From NCBI RefSeq assembly GCF_016026235.1, contig NZ_CP065613.1: 64,000 nucleotides of DNA; one strand, written 5' to 3'. The notes below the pieces were generated by a model. The model was given only the letters and a program-made list of their open reading frames with translations, made no database searches and was not told the DNA's origin. This document shows, piece after piece, positions 1-12,901 of this stretch. The translations under genes and the position numbers were made by a program. This DNA is from Escherichia coli. Its GTDB lineage: Bacteria > Pseudomonadota > Gammaproteobacteria > Enterobacterales > Enterobacteriaceae. The number at the start of each line of letters is the position of its first letter. Position 1 is the stretch's first letter.

Positions 1-1743
1 GCCACCAGCGGCAGTATTTTTTCCAGCTACACCTTTACTGGCGTGCAACTCGCTTCCGACGATAATATGTTGCCAAACAGCCAGCGCGGATTTGCCCCAA
101 CGGTACGCGGTATCGCAAACAGTAGTGCAATCGTGACTATCAGGCAAAATGGTTATGTGATCTATCAAAGCAACGTGCCAGCGGGTGCCTTTGAAATTAA
201 CGATCTCTACCCCTCTTCCAACAGCGGCGATTTAGAAGTCACGATTGAAGAAAGTGACGGTACGCAACGTCGCTTTATCCAGCCTTATTCTTCATTACCC
301 ATGATGCAGCGACCTGGGCATCTAAAATATAGCGCGACCGCTGGACGCTATCGCGCTGATGCAAACAGTGATAGCAAAGAACCCGAATTTGCTGAAGCCA
401 CGGCAATATATGGTTTGAATAATACTTTTACGCTGTATGGCGGCCTGCTCGGTTCTGAAGATTATTATGCGCTGGGGATCGGTATCGGCGGCACACTTGG
501 CGCACTGGGCGCGTTGTCGATGGATATCAACAGAGCTGACACCCAATTCGATAACCAGCACTCTTTTCATGGCTATCAATGGCGTACGCAGTACATCAAA
601 GATATCCCGGAAACCAACACCAATATCGCTGTCAGCTACTATCGCTATACCAACGATGGCTATTTTAGTTTTGATGAAGCCAATACCCGCAATTGGGACT
701 ATAACAGTCGCCAAAAAAGTGAAATTCAATTCAACATCAGCCAGACAATATTTGATGGGGTAAGTCTGTATGCCTCCGGTTCACAGCAAGACTATTGGGG
801 CAATAACGAGAAAAACAGGAATATCTCTGTTGGGGTTTCCGGCCAGCAATGGGGAATTGGTTACAGCCTGAATTATCAATACAGCCGCTACACTGATCAA
901 AATAATGACCGCGCACTCTCTTTGAATCTCAGTATTCCGTTAGAACGCTGGTTACCGCGTAGCCGGGTTTCCTATCAGATGACCAGCCAGAAAGATCGCC
1001 CAACCCAACATGAAATGCGTCTTGATGGCTCACTGCTGGATGATGGTCGCCTGAGCTATAGCCTGGAACAAAGTCTGGATGACGATAACAACCATAACAG
1101 TAGCCTGAACGCCAGTTACCGTTCACCTTATGGAACCTTCAGTGCCGGATACAGTTACGGTAATGACAGCAGCCAATACAATTACGGCGTTACCGGCGGC
1201 GTGGTTATCCATCCTCATGGCGTGACGCTCTCGCAATATCTGGGCAACGCTTTTGCGCTTATCGATGCTAACGGGGCATCTGGCGTGAGGATACAAAACT
1301 ATCCGGGGATTGCTACCGATCCCTTTGGCTATGCAGTGGTTCCTTATCTCACAACTTATCAGGAAAACCGTCTCTCGGTAGATACTACGCAGCTGCCCGA
1401 TAACGTCGATCTTGAACAAACAACACAGTTTGTGGTGCCCAACAGAGGTGCAATGGTAGCGGCGCGTTTCAACGCCAATATCGGTTATCGCGTACTTGTT
1501 ACAGTCAGCGATCGCAACGGTAAACCGTTGCCCTTTGGCGCTCTTGCCAGCAACGATGATACGGGGCAACAAAGTATCGTCGATGAGGGCGGCATACTAT
1601 ATCTCTCTGGGATATCGAGTAAATCACAAAGCTGGACTGTACGCTGGGGAAATCAGGCAGATCAACAATGTCAGTTTGCTTTTAGTACACCGGGTTCAGA
1701 ACCAACAACCTCTGTATTACAAGGCACAGCGCAGTGCCATTAA
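1..1743 (+). CDS. yraJ: Fimbrial outer-membrane usher, C-terminal part (5' end cut by window edge)
   Basis: Open frame runs from the window edge to the stop at 1743; translation is usher-like and is followed by a fimbrial subunit gene. Symbol assigned from K-12 synteny. Confidence 0.85.
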   Translation, partial: ATSGSIFSSYTFTGVQLASDDNMLPNSQRGFAPTVRGIANSSAIVTIRQNGYVIYQSNVPAGAFEINDLYPSSNSGDLEVTIEESDGTQRRFIQPYSSLPMMQRPGHLKYSATAGRYRADANSDSKEPEFAEATAIYGLNNTFTLYGGLLGSEDYYALGIGIGGTLGALGALSMDINRADTQFDNQHSFHGYQWRTQYIKDIPETNTNIAVSYYRYTNDGYFSFDEANTRNWDYNSRQKSEIQFNISQTIFDGVSLYASGSQQDYWGNNEKNRNISVGVSGQQWGIGYSLNYQYSRYTDQNNDRALSLNLSIPLERWLPRSRVSYQMTSQKDRPTQHEMRLDGSLLDDGRLSYSLEQSLDDDNNHNSSLNASYRSPYGTFSAGYSYGNDSSQYNYGVTGGVVIHPHGVTLSQYLGNAFALIDANGASGVRIQNYPGIATDPFGYAVVPYLTTYQENRLSVDTTQLPDNVDLEQTTQFVVPNRGAMVAARFNANIGYRVLVTVSDRNGKPLPFGALASNDDTGQQSIVDEGGILYLSGISSKSQSWTVRWGNQADQQCQFAFSTPGSEPTTSVLQGTAQCH

Positions 1744-1753
1744 GGATAAAAAA

Positions 1754-2845
1754 ATGAAAAGAGCGCCTCTTATAACAGGACTTTTGTTGATATCCACATC
1801 CTGCGCTTATGCCTCCTCAGGAGGGTGTGGAGCCGACAGCACTAGCGGTGCGACAAATTACAGCAGTGTGGTTGATGATGTTACGGTGAACCAGACAGAT
1901 AACGTGACAGGACGGGAGTTTACCTCTGCAACGCTAAGTAGCACTAACTGGCAATACGCCTGTTCCTGCTCTGCGGGTAAGGCAGTTAAACTTGTCTATA
2001 TGGTCAGCCCCGTACTTACCACCACTGGACATCAGACAGGATATTACAAACTCAATGACAGCCTGGATATTAAAACCACATTACAGGCAAACGACATTCC
2101 AGGACTCACAACCGACCAGGTTGTCTCTGTTAACACCCAATTCACACAGATAAAAAGCAGCACCGTATATTCTGCTGCAACCCAAACGGGTGTTTGCCAG
2201 GGTGACACGTCTCGTTATGGACCCGTTAATATTGGTGCAAATACCACCTTTACCCTGTATGTCACCAAGCCATTTCTCGGCTCGATGACCATTCCGAAAA
2301 CGGATATTGCCGTCATTAAAGGCGCGTGGGTCGATGGAATGGGAAGCCCGTCTACAGGTGACTTCCATGATTTAGTCAAGTTATCGATTCAGGGAAATCT
2401 CACCGCCCCACAGTCGTGCAAAATTAATCAGGGCGATGTTATTAAGGTTAATTTTGGATTCATCAATGGTCAGAAGTTTACCACCCGCAATGCCATGCCA
2501 GACGGTTTTACTCCAGTAGACTTTGATATCACTTATGACTGTGGTGATACTTCAAAGATTAAAAACTCGTTGCAAATGCGCATCGACGGTACAACTGGGG
2601 TAGTAGACCAGTACAACCTGGTCGCCAGGCGAAGAAGTTCAGACAATGTGCCCGATGTCGGTATTCGTATTGAAAATCTCGGCGGCGGAGTTGCAAATAT
2701 TCCTTTTCAGAACGGTATCCTTCCCGTTGATCCTTCCGGGCATGGCACCGTCAATATGCGCGCCTGGCCAGTTAATCTGGTCGGTGGTGAGCTGGAAACA
2801 GGAAAATTTCAGGGCACAGCCACCATTACCGTCATCGTGCGGTAA
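1754..2845 (+). CDS. yraK: Fimbrial adhesin-like subunit
   Basis: ATG at 1754 gives 363 aa with signal peptide MKRAPLITGLLLISTSCAYA, directly downstream of the usher. The ORF-track start at 1496 is rejected because it overlaps the usher. Confidence 0.8.
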   Translation: MKRAPLITGLLLISTSCAYASSGGCGADSTSGATNYSSVVDDVTVNQTDNVTGREFTSATLSSTNWQYACSCSAGKAVKLVYMVSPVLTTTGHQTGYYKLNDSLDIKTTLQANDIPGLTTDQVVSVNTQFTQIKSSTVYSAATQTGVCQGDTSRYGPVNIGANTTFTLYVTKPFLGSMTIPKTDIAVIKGAWVDGMGSPSTGDFHDLVKLSIQGNLTAPQSCKINQGDVIKVNFGFINGQKFTTRNAMPDGFTPVDFDITYDCGDTSKIKNSLQMRIDGTTGVVDQYNLVARRRSSDNVPDVGIRIENLGGGVANIPFQNGILPVDPSGHGTVNMRAWPVNLVGGELETGKFQGTATITVIVR

Positions 2846-2887
2846 AAGAAGACGTTGCGTTTTGATTAACGCAACGCTTCGGCACTG

Positions 2888-3748
2888 TTACTCCTGCTGC
2901 TCCAGCGCATACTTATACAGCGCATTTTTCTTCACGCCGTGAATTTCTGCGGCCAGCGCCGCCGCTTTTTTCAGCGGCAGTTCTGCCTGTAGCAGAGCCA
3001 GCGTGCGCAGGGCATCAGCAGGCAGGTCTTCTTCCTGTGCTTTATGACCTTCGACAATCAGCACCATTTCGCCTTTGCGACGGTTTTCATCTTCCTTTAC
3101 CCACGCCAGCAGCTCGCCAACGGGCGCGCCGTGAATGGTTTCCCAGGTTTTGGTCAGCTCACGCGCCAGAACCACGTAGCGGGATTCGCCTAATACCGCA
3201 ACGATATCTTCCAGGCTATCTAACAGACGGTGGGTAGATTCATAAAAAATCAGCGTGCGCGGCTCCGCTTCAATGGCTTTTAGCGCATCACGGCGGCCTT
3301 TTGATTTGGCAGGTAAAAAGCCTTCGTAACAGAAACGGTCAGAGGGTAAACCCGCGGCGCTTAACGCAGTGATAGCAGCACACGGTCCGGGTAGCGGCAC
3401 CACACGAATCCCCGCTTCACGGCAGGTACGCACCAGATGGTAGCCAGGATCGTTAATTAGCGGCGTTCCGGCATCGGAAACCAGCGCAATGTTTTGCCCC
3501 TCTTGCAGCTTCGCCAGCAACGTTTCGGCTTTTTGTTGTTCGTTATGGTCGTGCAGCGCAAACAACCGGGCATTAATCCCAAAATGTTGCAGCAATAAAC
3601 CGGTGTGACGAGTATCCTCGGCGGCAATCAGATCAACGGCCTGTAATACCTCTAACGCACGCTGGGTGATATCCGCCAGATTGCCGATTGGCGTCGGTAC
3701 AATGTAAAGCTGGCCCTGAGAATTATCCGCCGATTGGTGTTGTTTCAT
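2888..3748 (-). CDS. rsmI: 16S rRNA (cytidine1402-2'-O)-methyltransferase
   Basis: 286 aa; N-terminus [15 protein letters not shown] is typical of the tetrapyrrole-methylase fold of RsmI. Confidence 0.9.
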
Positions 3749-3812
3749 TGTGTCGTCCGTATTGCCGATTTAATATTGAGCATTGCGTAAAAAAAATATC
3801 ACTGGATACATT

Positions 3813-5849
3813 ATGGTACCCTCAACATTTTCTCGTTTGAAAGCCGCGCGTTGTCTGCCTGTTGTTCTGGCAGCCCTGATTTTCGCCGGTTGTGGCACCC
3901 ATACTCCCGATCAGTCCACTGCTTATATGCAGGGCACGGCGCAGGCTGATTCTGCCTTTTATCTTCAGCAGATGCAGCAAAGCTCTGATGATACCAGGAT
4001 CAACTGGCAATTACTCGCCATTCGTGCACTGGTGAAAGAAGGTAAAACCGGGCAGGCGGTTGAGTTGTTTAACCAACTACCGCAAGAACTGAACGATTCT
4101 CAGCGTCGCGAGAAAACACTGCTGGCGGCAGAGATTAAACTGGCGCAGAAAGATTTTGCTGGCGCGCAAAACTTGCTGGCGAAAATCACACCTGCCGATT
4201 TAGAACAAAACCAGCAAGCGCGTTACTGGCAGGCAAAAATCGATGCCAGCCAGGGGCGTCCTTCCATTGATTTACTGCGCGCGTTAATTGCTCAGGAACC
4301 GCTGCTTGGCGCGAAAGAAAAACAGCAGAATATTGATGCCACCTGGCAGGCGCTCTCCTCCATGACTCAGGAACAAGCGAATACGCTGGTGATCAACGCC
4401 GACGAAAATATTCTGCAAGGCTGGCTGGATCTGCAGCGCGTCTGGTTTGATAACCGTAACGATCCCGACATGATGAAAGCCGGGATCGCCGACTGGCAGA
4501 AACGTTATCCGAACAACCCGGGCGCGAAAATGCTGCCAACGCAGTTGGTTAACGTAAAAGCGTTTAAACCAGCCTCGACCAACAAAATCGCCCTGCTGTT
4601 GCCACTGAATGGCCAGGCAGCGGTATTTGGTCGCACTATTCAGCAAGGCTTTGAAGCGGCGAAAAATATCGGCACTCAGCCAGTGGCAGCTCAGGTAGCT
4701 GCCGCACCTGCCGCAGACGTAGCAGAACAACCTCAACCGCAAACCGTGGATGGCGTTGCCAGCCCGGCACAAGCCTCGGTTAGCGATCTGACCGGTGAAC
4801 AGCCTGCAGCCCAGCCGGTGCCTGTAAGCGCCCCGGCGACAAGCTCCGCAGCGGTAATCGCACCCGCAAATCCATCCGCAGAGCTGAAAATCTACGATAC
4901 CTCATCACAACCACTTAGCCAGATCTTAAGCCAGGTTCAGCAGGATGGCGCGAGTATTGTGGTCGGTCCGTTGCTGAAAAATAACGTTGAAGAGTTGCTG
5001 AAGAGCAACACTCCGCTGAACGTACTGGCACTGAACCAGCCGGAGAATATCGAAAATCGCGTCAATATTTGTTACTTCGCGCTTTCACCGGAAGACGAAG
5101 CGCGCGATGCAGCGCGTCATATTCGTGACCAGGGTAAACAAGCGCCGCTGGTGCTGATCCCACGCAGTTCATTGGGCGATCGCGTAGCCAATGCGTTTGC
5201 ACAAGAGTGGCAAAAACTGGGCGGCGGCACCGTTCTGCAACAAAAATTTGGTTCCACCAGCGAATTACGCGCGGGTGTTAACGGCAGTTCTGGTATTGCT
5301 TTAACGGGTAGCCCGATTACTCTCAGAGCGACAACCGACTCCGGCATGACGACCAACAATCCAACACTGCAAACCACGCCAACCGATGACCAGTTCACCA
5401 ATAATGGCGGTCGTGTCGATGCGGTGTACATTGTGGCAACGCCGGGTGAAATCGCTTTTATTAAACCGATGATCGCCATGCGTAACGGTAGCCAGAGCGG
5501 TGCAACGCTGTACGCCAGCTCCCGCAGTGCGCAAGGGACCGCTGGCCCGGATTTCCGACTGGAGATGGAAGGCTTGCAGTACAGCGAAATCCCGATGCTG
5601 GCAGGCGGTAATCTACCGTTAATGCAGCAGGCACTCAGCGCGGTGAATAACGATTATTCACTGGCTCGCATGTATGCGATGGGCGTCGATGCCTGGTCGC
5701 TGGCAAATCATTTCTCACAAATGCGCCAGGTTCAGGGTTTTGAAATCAACGGTAATACCGGAAGCCTGACGGCTAACCCGGATTGCGTGATTAACAGGAA
5801 GTTATCATGGCTACAGTACCAACAAGGTCAGGTAGTCCCCGCCAGTTAA
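3813..5849 (+). CDS. lpoA: Outer-membrane lipoprotein activator of PBP1A
   Basis: 678 aa from ATG 3813; lipoprotein signal with lipobox (ALIFAGC) and a long Ala/Pro/Gln-rich linker. Confidence 0.9.
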   Translation: MVPSTFSRLKAARCLPVVLAALIFAGCGTHTPDQSTAYMQGTAQADSAFYLQQMQQSSDDTRINWQLLAIRALVKEGKTGQAVELFNQLPQELNDSQRREKTLLAAEIKLAQKDFAGAQNLLAKITPADLEQNQQARYWQAKIDASQGRPSIDLLRALIAQEPLLGAKEKQQNIDATWQALSSMTQEQANTLVINADENILQGWLDLQRVWFDNRNDPDMMKAGIADWQKRYPNNPGAKMLPTQLVNVKAFKPASTNKIALLLPLNGQAAVFGRTIQQGFEAAKNIGTQPVAAQVAAAPAADVAEQPQPQTVDGVASPAQASVSDLTGEQPAAQPVPVSAPATSSAAVIAPANPSAELKIYDTSSQPLSQILSQVQQDGASIVVGPLLKNNVEELLKSNTPLNVLALNQPENIENRVNICYFALSPEDEARDAARHIRDQGKQAPLVLIPRSSLGDRVANAFAQEWQKLGGGTVLQQKFGSTSELRAGVNGSSGIALTGSPITLRATTDSGMTTNNPTLQTTPTDDQFTNNGGRVDAVYIVATPGEIAFIKPMIAMRNGSQSGATLYASSRSAQGTAGPDFRLEMEGLQYSEIPMLAGGNLPLMQQALSAVNNDYSLARMYAMGVDAWSLANHFSQMRQVQGFEINGNTGSLTANPDCVINRKLSWLQYQQGQVVPAS

Positions 5850-6202
5850 CCACCAAACAGACCGGCGATGCGTGGGAAGTACAAGCGCGTCGCTGGCTGG
5901 AAGGCAAAGGACTGCGATTTGTCGCCGCTAACGTGAACGAGCGTGGCGGCGAGATCGATCTGATAATGCGTGAAGGCCGGACCACCGTTTTTGTCGAGGT
6001 GCGTTACCGCCGTTCTGCGCTTTATGGCGGCGCGGCAGCCAGTGTGACCCGCAGCAAACAACACAAATTATTACAGACTGCCCGCTTGTGGCTCGCGCGT
6101 CATAATGGGAGTTTTGATACTGTGGATTGCCGGTTCGATGTGGTAGCCTTCACCGGGAATGAGGTTGAGTGGATTAAGGATGCCTTTAATGACCACTCAT
6201 AA
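5807..6202 (+). CDS. yraN: UPF0102 family protein, predicted endonuclease fold
   Basis: 131 aa ORF whose start overlaps the lpoA 3' end by 43 nt; position and size match K-12 yraN. Confidence 0.85.
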   Translation: MATVPTRSGSPRQLTTKQTGDAWEVQARRWLEGKGLRFVAANVNERGGEIDLIMREGRTTVFVEVRYRRSALYGGAAASVTRSKQHKLLQTARLWLARHNGSFDTVDCRFDVVAFTGNEVEWIKDAFNDHS

Positions 6203-6221
6203 TTAAGGTTTAAGGATTAGC

Positions 6222-6812
6222 GTGCAAGAAAGAATTAAAGCTTGCTTCACTGAAAGCATTCAAACTCAAATTGCGGCGGCAGAGGCGCTTCCGGATGCCA
6301 TCTCCCGTGCGGCCATGACGCTGGTTCAGTCTCTGCTCAATGGCAACAAAATCCTCTGTTGTGGTAATGGAACTTCCGCTGCCAATGCACAGCATTTTGC
6401 TGCCAGCATGATCAACCGTTTCGAAACGGAGCGGCCCAGCTTACCTGCCATTGCACTAAATACTGATAATGTTGTCTTAACGGCGATTGCCAACGATCGC
6501 TTACATGATGAAGTGTATGCAAAACAGGTGCGGGCGCTGGGTCATGCGGGAGATGTATTGTTAGCCATTTCTACCCGTGGCAACAGCCGCGATATTGTAA
6601 AAGCGGTAGAAGCTGCCGTTACGCGTGATATGACCATTGTGGCATTGACCGGCTATGACGGCGGTGAACTTGCAGGTTTGTTAGGGCCACAGGATGTGGA
6701 GATCCGCATTCCTTCGCATCGTAGTACTCGCATTCAGGAAATGCATATGCTGACGGTAAATTGCCTGTGCGATCTGATCGATAACACGCTTTTCCCTCAC
6801 CAGGATGATTAA
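6222..6812 (+). CDS. diaA: DnaA initiator-associating protein, SIS domain
   Basis: 196 aa with GTG start at 6222; SIS phosphosugar-binding fold motifs ([16 protein letters not shown]). Confidence 0.9.
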   Translation: MQERIKACFTESIQTQIAAAEALPDAISRAAMTLVQSLLNGNKILCCGNGTSAANAQHFAASMINRFETERPSLPAIALNTDNVVLTAIANDRLHDEVYAKQVRALGHAGDVLLAISTRGNSRDIVKAVEAAVTRDMTIVALTGYDGGELAGLLGPQDVEIRIPSHRSTRIQEMHMLTVNCLCDLIDNTLFPHQDD

Positions 6813-6821
6813 GGAGAATAC

Positions 6822-7397
6822 ATGAAGGCATTATCGCCAATCGCAGTCCTTATTTCCGCGCTGCTGTTGCAAGGTTGTGTTGCCGCTGCCGTAGTGGGTA
6901 CCGCTGCTGTGGGTACCAAAGCCGCAACTGACCCACGCAGTGTCGGCACCCAGGTGGACGATGGTACCCTGGAAGTGCGCGTGAACAGCGCATTGTCGAA
7001 AGACGAACAGATTAAGAAAGAAGCGCGCATTAATGTAACGGCCTATCAGGGCAAAGTGCTGCTGGTTGGGCAGTCACCAAACGCTGAACTTTCGGCTCGC
7101 GCCAAACAGATTGCTATGGGCGTAGACGGTGCCAACGAAGTGTATAACGAGATTCGTCAGGGCCAGCCGATTGGTCTGGGCGAAGCGTCTAATGATACGT
7201 GGATCACCACCAAAGTGCGTTCGCAGCTCTTAACCAGCGACCTGGTGAAATCGTCCAACGTGAAAGTGACCACCGAAAACGGTGAAGTGTTCCTGATGGG
7301 GCTGGTGACTGAACGTGAAGCGAAAGCGGCGGCAGATATTGCCAGCCGGGTGAGCGGCGTGAAGCGGGTAACTACGGCGTTTACGTTTATTAAATAG
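6822..7397 (+). CDS. dolP: Outer-membrane lipoprotein with two BON domains
   Basis: 191 aa; lipoprotein signal MKALSPIAVLISALLLQGC followed by tandem BON-like repeats. Confidence 0.9.
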   Translation: MKALSPIAVLISALLLQGCVAAAVVGTAAVGTKAATDPRSVGTQVDDGTLEVRVNSALSKDEQIKKEARINVTAYQGKVLLVGQSPNAELSARAKQIAMGVDGANEVYNEIRQGQPIGLGEASNDTWITTKVRSQLLTSDLVKSSNVKVTTENGEVFLMGLVTEREAKAAADIASRVSGVKRVTTAFTFIK

Positions 7398-7411
7398 CAG
7401 CCCCTTGTAAT

Positions 7412-7497
7412 GCCTGATGCGACGCTTGCCGCGTCTTATCAGGCCTACAACGATGCAAACCGTAGGTCGGATAAGGCGTTTACGCCGCATCCGACAT
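7412..7497. repeat. REP/BIME element, two inverted REP units
   Basis: gcctgatgcgacgcttgccgcgtcttatcaggcctac and the inverted copy gtaggtcggataaggcgtttacgccgcatccgacatg lie between the convergent dolP and yraQ. Confidence 0.6.
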
Positions 7498-7510
7498 GTT
7501 TTCCCTCAAA

Positions 7511-8551
7511 TCAGAACAACAGCGCCAGCCCGCCGACAATCACACCAGACACTGCCACCATCGCCCCTGTCAGCCATAAGGCTTTCGCCGGGAACGCTTT
7601 GCGCAGCATAATCAGTGACGGCAAACTCACTGCCGGGAGCGTCATCAACAATGCCAGCGCCGGAGCGGTTCCCATACCTGCCAGCATCATCGTTTGTACA
7701 ATCGGAATTTCTGCTGCCGTGGGAATGACAAACAAGCATCCTGCTACCGCCATCGCCACCACCCACATCAGGCTGTTATCGACAGCACCATCGGCATGGG
7801 GGAATAACCAGACGCGAGCGGCACCCAACACCAGTACTGCAAGGATGTAAACCGGGATCGTACTCCAGAAAAGCGTCCATAGCGCCCTGCCCCAGCGGCT
7901 AAAAAATCCGCCCTGTGCTTCCGGTATGTCAATTTCGACCGGTGCTTGCGTTTGCGGTGTTTCACGCACCCATTTTTGCACCAGCGTCGCAATCAGCAAC
8001 ACCATCACCAGCCCCGCCACCAGACGAATCGCCACAAACCCCCAGCCGAGGACGAACCCCATAAACACCAGCGTCGCCGGGTTTAACAACGGATTGCCCA
8101 TCCAGAATGCCAGCGCACCGCCCATCGACACCTGTTGGCGACGCATTCCCGCCGCGACCGGAGCCGCACAGCAGGTACACATCATGCCCGGCAGCGAAAA
8201 CAGCGTTCCCAGCAGCGTGCCGCGAAAGCGCGATTGCCCAAGCGTACGCAACAACCAGTCACGCGGGATCAGCACCTGAATCAACGAACCGAGGATCACC
8301 CCCAGCACCGCCGCTTTCCATACTGCGAGGAAATAGATCATCGCGTAATCCAACGCCGCTTGCCACGGATTAGCATCCGCCTGCGCAAGGATAGATTTAC
8401 CGATACTGTGGGTTTCGGCAGCAGTAAACGCTTTGCCGTAGTAAGGTTGCCATTTCACATACCAGAGACCGGCAATGACAACGAGAAAGAAAAGCGCGGG
8501 TTTCCACCACTGAATGGGCGTTGCCGCCTGAGATGAAGACTGACCAGTCAT
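7511..8551 (-). CDS. yraQ: Predicted inner-membrane permease
   Basis: 346 aa polytopic hydrophobic protein in the position of K-12 yraQ. Confidence 0.85.
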   Translation of the reverse strand: MTGQSSSQAATPIQWWKPALFFLVVIAGLWYVKWQPYYGKAFTAAETHSIGKSILAQADANPWQAALDYAMIYFLAVWKAAVLGVILGSLIQVLIPRDWLLRTLGQSRFRGTLLGTLFSLPGMMCTCCAAPVAAGMRRQQVSMGGALAFWMGNPLLNPATLVFMGFVLGWGFVAIRLVAGLVMVLLIATLVQKWVRETPQTQAPVEIDIPEAQGGFFSRWGRALWTLFWSTIPVYILAVLVLGAARVWLFPHADGAVDNSLMWVVAMAVAGCLFVIPTAAEIPIVQTMMLAGMGTAPALALLMTLPAVSLPSLIMLRKAFPAKALWLTGAMVAVSGVIVGGLALLF

Positions 8552-8623
8552 AGCATTCCCCAGGAATAAGTTATGATAATTGAGCGCGTGAATATTACGC
8601 TCACTATCAATCCTTGGGAATAA

Positions 8624-9348
<725 letters not shown>

Positions 9349-9349
9349 A

Positions 9350-9884
<535 letters not shown>

Positions 9885-9905
<21 letters not shown>

Positions 9906-10328
9906 GTCGCGTAGCCAAATCATTTTTTTACCAAAGCCCAGCGTGTTGTCGGTGAATTTGATTTCATCGAGCCGGATTTCCCACACCGGGGCCGACAGCA
10001 TTCTGGCAACCGGAAAGCGACGATTGTACGCCTTGCGCGCGAGGTCGCTTTCCTCACCTTCCAGCCTGCGGATCTCACCTTTAAACTGCACACCGCGAAT
10101 TAACGCTACCGTTTTCGGCTGACCGTTTACCGTTCCGGCAACCGCAGCCTGCGGCCCACTCATCTGCGCGTGGCGCGTTTTTTCTTCCGTCAAAATGTAG
10201 AAGGCGACTTTCTGCGCATCAAACAGATAAAAAGCATTAGCGCACCACAGTTCCCCTTCCTGCTGCACACACCAGGTGACAACATGTTGTTTTGCCAACC
10301 AACGGCTGATGGTGATGAGTGTTTCCAT
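9885..10328 (-). CDS. yhbP: Uncharacterised protein (UPF0306)
   Basis: 147 aa ORF convergent with yhbO; the two 3' ends overlap by 21 nt. Confidence 0.8.
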
Positions 10329-10378
10329 TGCTGTTCTCTTTTATACTGTGGGCCTGACCTTAACATGCGACGCAGACG

Positions 10379-10681
10379 ATGACACCCTGGTTTCTTTACT
10401 TGATCCGTACCGCCGACAATAAGCTTTATACCGGGATCACCACGGATGTCGAACGCCGCTATCAGCAGCACCAAAGCGGCAAAGGGGCGAAAGCACTGCG
10501 CGGGAAAGGAGAACTGACGCTGGCGTTTTCTGCGCCAGTGGGCGACCGTTCGCTGGCACTACGGGCGGAATATCGCGTTAAGCAACTGACCAAACGGCAA
10601 AAAGAGCGTCTGGTAGCGGAAGGCGCAGGGTTTGCAGAACTGTTGAGCAGCCTGCAAACCCCGGAGATTAAAAGCGATTGA
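10379..10681 (+). CDS. yhbQ: GIY-YIG domain nuclease-like protein
   Basis: 100 aa; N-terminal [17 protein letters not shown] is a GIY-YIG motif. Confidence 0.85.
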
Positions 10682-11171
10682 AATGCTCGTGATACTCAAC
10701 CAGACCGGTTACGCCATTCAGCGCGTCATCCGCTAAACGATGTACCTGGAAGGCGCTTTCAGTGCCCGGCCAGCGGCAACGCAGATCGTGATGCGCCGCC
10801 AGTTCAAAGCCGAAACGACTGTACAGCGCCGGATCGCCCAGCGTCACCACTGCGGCATAGCCGAACTCATTAAGCGAATCGAGTCCTTCATAGACCAGTT
10901 GGCGTGCCAGCCCCTGTCCACGGTATTTTTCATCAACCGCCAACGGTGCCATGCCGACCCATTGCAGGTCTTCGCCCTGCACATCAACCGGACTAAATGC
11001 CACATAGCCAATGACCTGACCTTCGTCATCTGTCGCCACCAGTCCCAGCGTCAGAAAGCCATCTTCACGCAGATCGTGAACCAGCTTCGCTTCCGCATCA
11101 CTTTCGAATGAGCGACGCAGCAGGGCATCAATACCCGGCGCATCAATGGGAATTTCTACTCGAATTAGCAT
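10668..11171 (-). CDS. yhbS: GNAT family N-acetyltransferase
   Basis: 167 aa; acetyl-CoA-binding segment ([11 protein letters not shown]). Confidence 0.85.
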
Positions 11172-11689
11172 GGTTCACCTACCGATGTCTGTTTGGTTTC
11201 AGGCGCGGTTTTCATTCCCGCCTCAACAAAATCCGCCAGTTGCAGCAGCATCATGCGTAAGGCTTTCGGCATTTGCTCCAGTTCAATGGCGTCCATCAGG
11301 TTTTTCACATACAGCCCCAGCTCCGTATCGCCTTCAATCACCAGCCGACGCTGGAAGAAGAGCGTATCTGGATCTTGTTTACGCGCCGCAATCATCAGCA
11401 GATCGCTGGCGTCGGCACTAAAACTCACATCAGCTTGCGCGTTCTGGCTGACCACCAGTTTGCCATTCACCACCGAGGTAAACCATTGCAGGTCAATATC
11501 ACGCACATGAATACTTAACCAGCGGCCTTCAAGAAACTCCAGCTCGCCATCATCCAGCGCCTGACGGAATTGCCAGCTTAAGACCTGCTCAAGAACCTGG
11601 CGTTTTAGCGCAAATGGCGTCAGTTTTACCGGTACACTCAACAGAGATGGCCCCAAATGCACAATACGGGAACGCAGTTTATCCAACAC
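11165..11689 (-). CDS. ubiT: SCP2-domain lipid-binding accessory factor of O2-independent ubiquinone biosynthesis
   Basis: 174 aa if started at GTG (cac at 11687-11689); the ORF track offers an ATG 8 codons upstream. First gene of the unit that diverges from ubiU. Confidence 0.75.
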   Translation of the reverse strand: MLDKLRSRIVHLGPSLLSVPVKLTPFALKRQVLEQVLSWQFRQALDDGELEFLEGRWLSIHVRDIDLQWFTSVVNGKLVVSQNAQADVSFSADASDLLMIAARKQDPDTLFFQRRLVIEGDTELGLYVKNLMDAIELEQMPKALRMMLLQLADFVEAGMKTAPETKQTSVGEPC

Positions 11690-11897
11690 GAGTTTTACTC
11701 CCTGTTTCAACAATCATCCTATTTTGCCATATCAGAAAAATAACATAGCGGTATAAATCAACAATTCCATATGAAATTGCTGCTACCACCAATACAACTT
11801 TAACTGCCTTAAATCAAAAATTGTCGCAGCAAGGTTAACTAAAATCCCAGTTCGTTAACATTTTTGCGTTTTGATAGCGCAACCTTCAGGAAAAATT

Positions 11898-12893
11898 ATG
11901 GAGCTGCTCTGCCCTGCCGGAAATCTCCCGGCGCTTAAGGCGGCCATCGAAAACGGCGCAGATGCTGTTTATATCGGGCTAAAAGATGATACCAATGCCC
12001 GTCACTTCGCCGGCCTTAACTTTACCGAGAAAAAATTGCAGGAAGCGGTGAGTTTTGTCCATCAACATCGCCGCAAACTTCACATCGCGATTAACACTTT
12101 TGCGCATCCGGACGGTTACGCCCGTTGGCAGCGCGCCGTGGATATGGCGGCGCAGCTGGGTGCCGACGCGCTGATCCTCGCCGACCTCGCCATGCTGGAA
12201 TACGCCGCCGAGCGTTATCCGCATATTGAGCGCCACGTATCGGTGCAGGCTTCGGCGACCAATGAAGAGGCGATTAACTTTTATCATCGCCATTTTGACG
12301 TTGCCCGCGTGGTGCTGCCGCGCGTGTTGTCGATTCATCAGGTGAAACAGCTGGCACGGGTCACACCTGTACCACTGGAAGTGTTTGCTTTCGGCAGCCT
12401 GTGCATTATGTCGGAAGGCCGTTGCTATCTGTCGTCGTATCTGACGGGTGAGTCGCCTAACACCGTGGGCGCGTGTTCTCCGGCCCGTTTCGTGCGCTGG
12501 CAACAAACGCCGCAGGGGCTGGAATCCCGCCTGAACGAAGTGCTGATCGACCGTTATCAGGACGGCGAAAACGCAGGTTATCCGACGCTGTGTAAAGGGC
12601 GTTATCTGGTGGACGGCGAGCGCTATCACGCGCTGGAAGAACCAACCAGTCTCAATACCCTGGAACTGCTGCCGGAGTTAATGGCGGCGAATATTGCTTC
12701 GGTGAAAATTGAAGGCCGCCAGCGTAGCCCGGCGTATGTCAGCCAGGTGGCGAAAGTCTGGCGTCAGGCTATCGACCGTTGTAAGGCCGATCCGCAAAAC
12801 TTCATACCGCAAAGCGCGTGGATGGAGACGCTCGGGTCGATGTCCGAAGGCACGCAGACCACCCTTGGCGCGTATCACCGTAAATGGCAGTGA
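11898..12893 (+). CDS. ubiU: Peptidase U32 family protein UbiU (anaerobic ubiquinone hydroxylation)
   Basis: 331 aa from ATG 11898; U32 family with a conserved Cys cluster (CIMSEGRC...C...C). Confidence 0.85.
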   Translation: MELLCPAGNLPALKAAIENGADAVYIGLKDDTNARHFAGLNFTEKKLQEAVSFVHQHRRKLHIAINTFAHPDGYARWQRAVDMAAQLGADALILADLAMLEYAAERYPHIERHVSVQASATNEEAINFYHRHFDVARVVLPRVLSIHQVKQLARVTPVPLEVFAFGSLCIMSEGRCYLSSYLTGESPNTVGACSPARFVRWQQTPQGLESRLNEVLIDRYQDGENAGYPTLCKGRYLVDGERYHALEEPTSLNTLELLPELMAANIASVKIEGRQRSPAYVSQVAKVWRQAIDRCKADPQNFIPQSAWMETLGSMSEGTQTTLGAYHRKWQ

Positions 12894-12901
12894 GAAGAGC
12901 A

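Noticed and set aside
7410-8536. Multiple 60-146-aa ORFs on both strands within and around yraQ (7410-7850, 7417-7611, 7926-8279, 8107-8536).
   Set aside because: They overlap REP elements or lie antisense or out of frame to the yraQ permease. Low-complexity translations.
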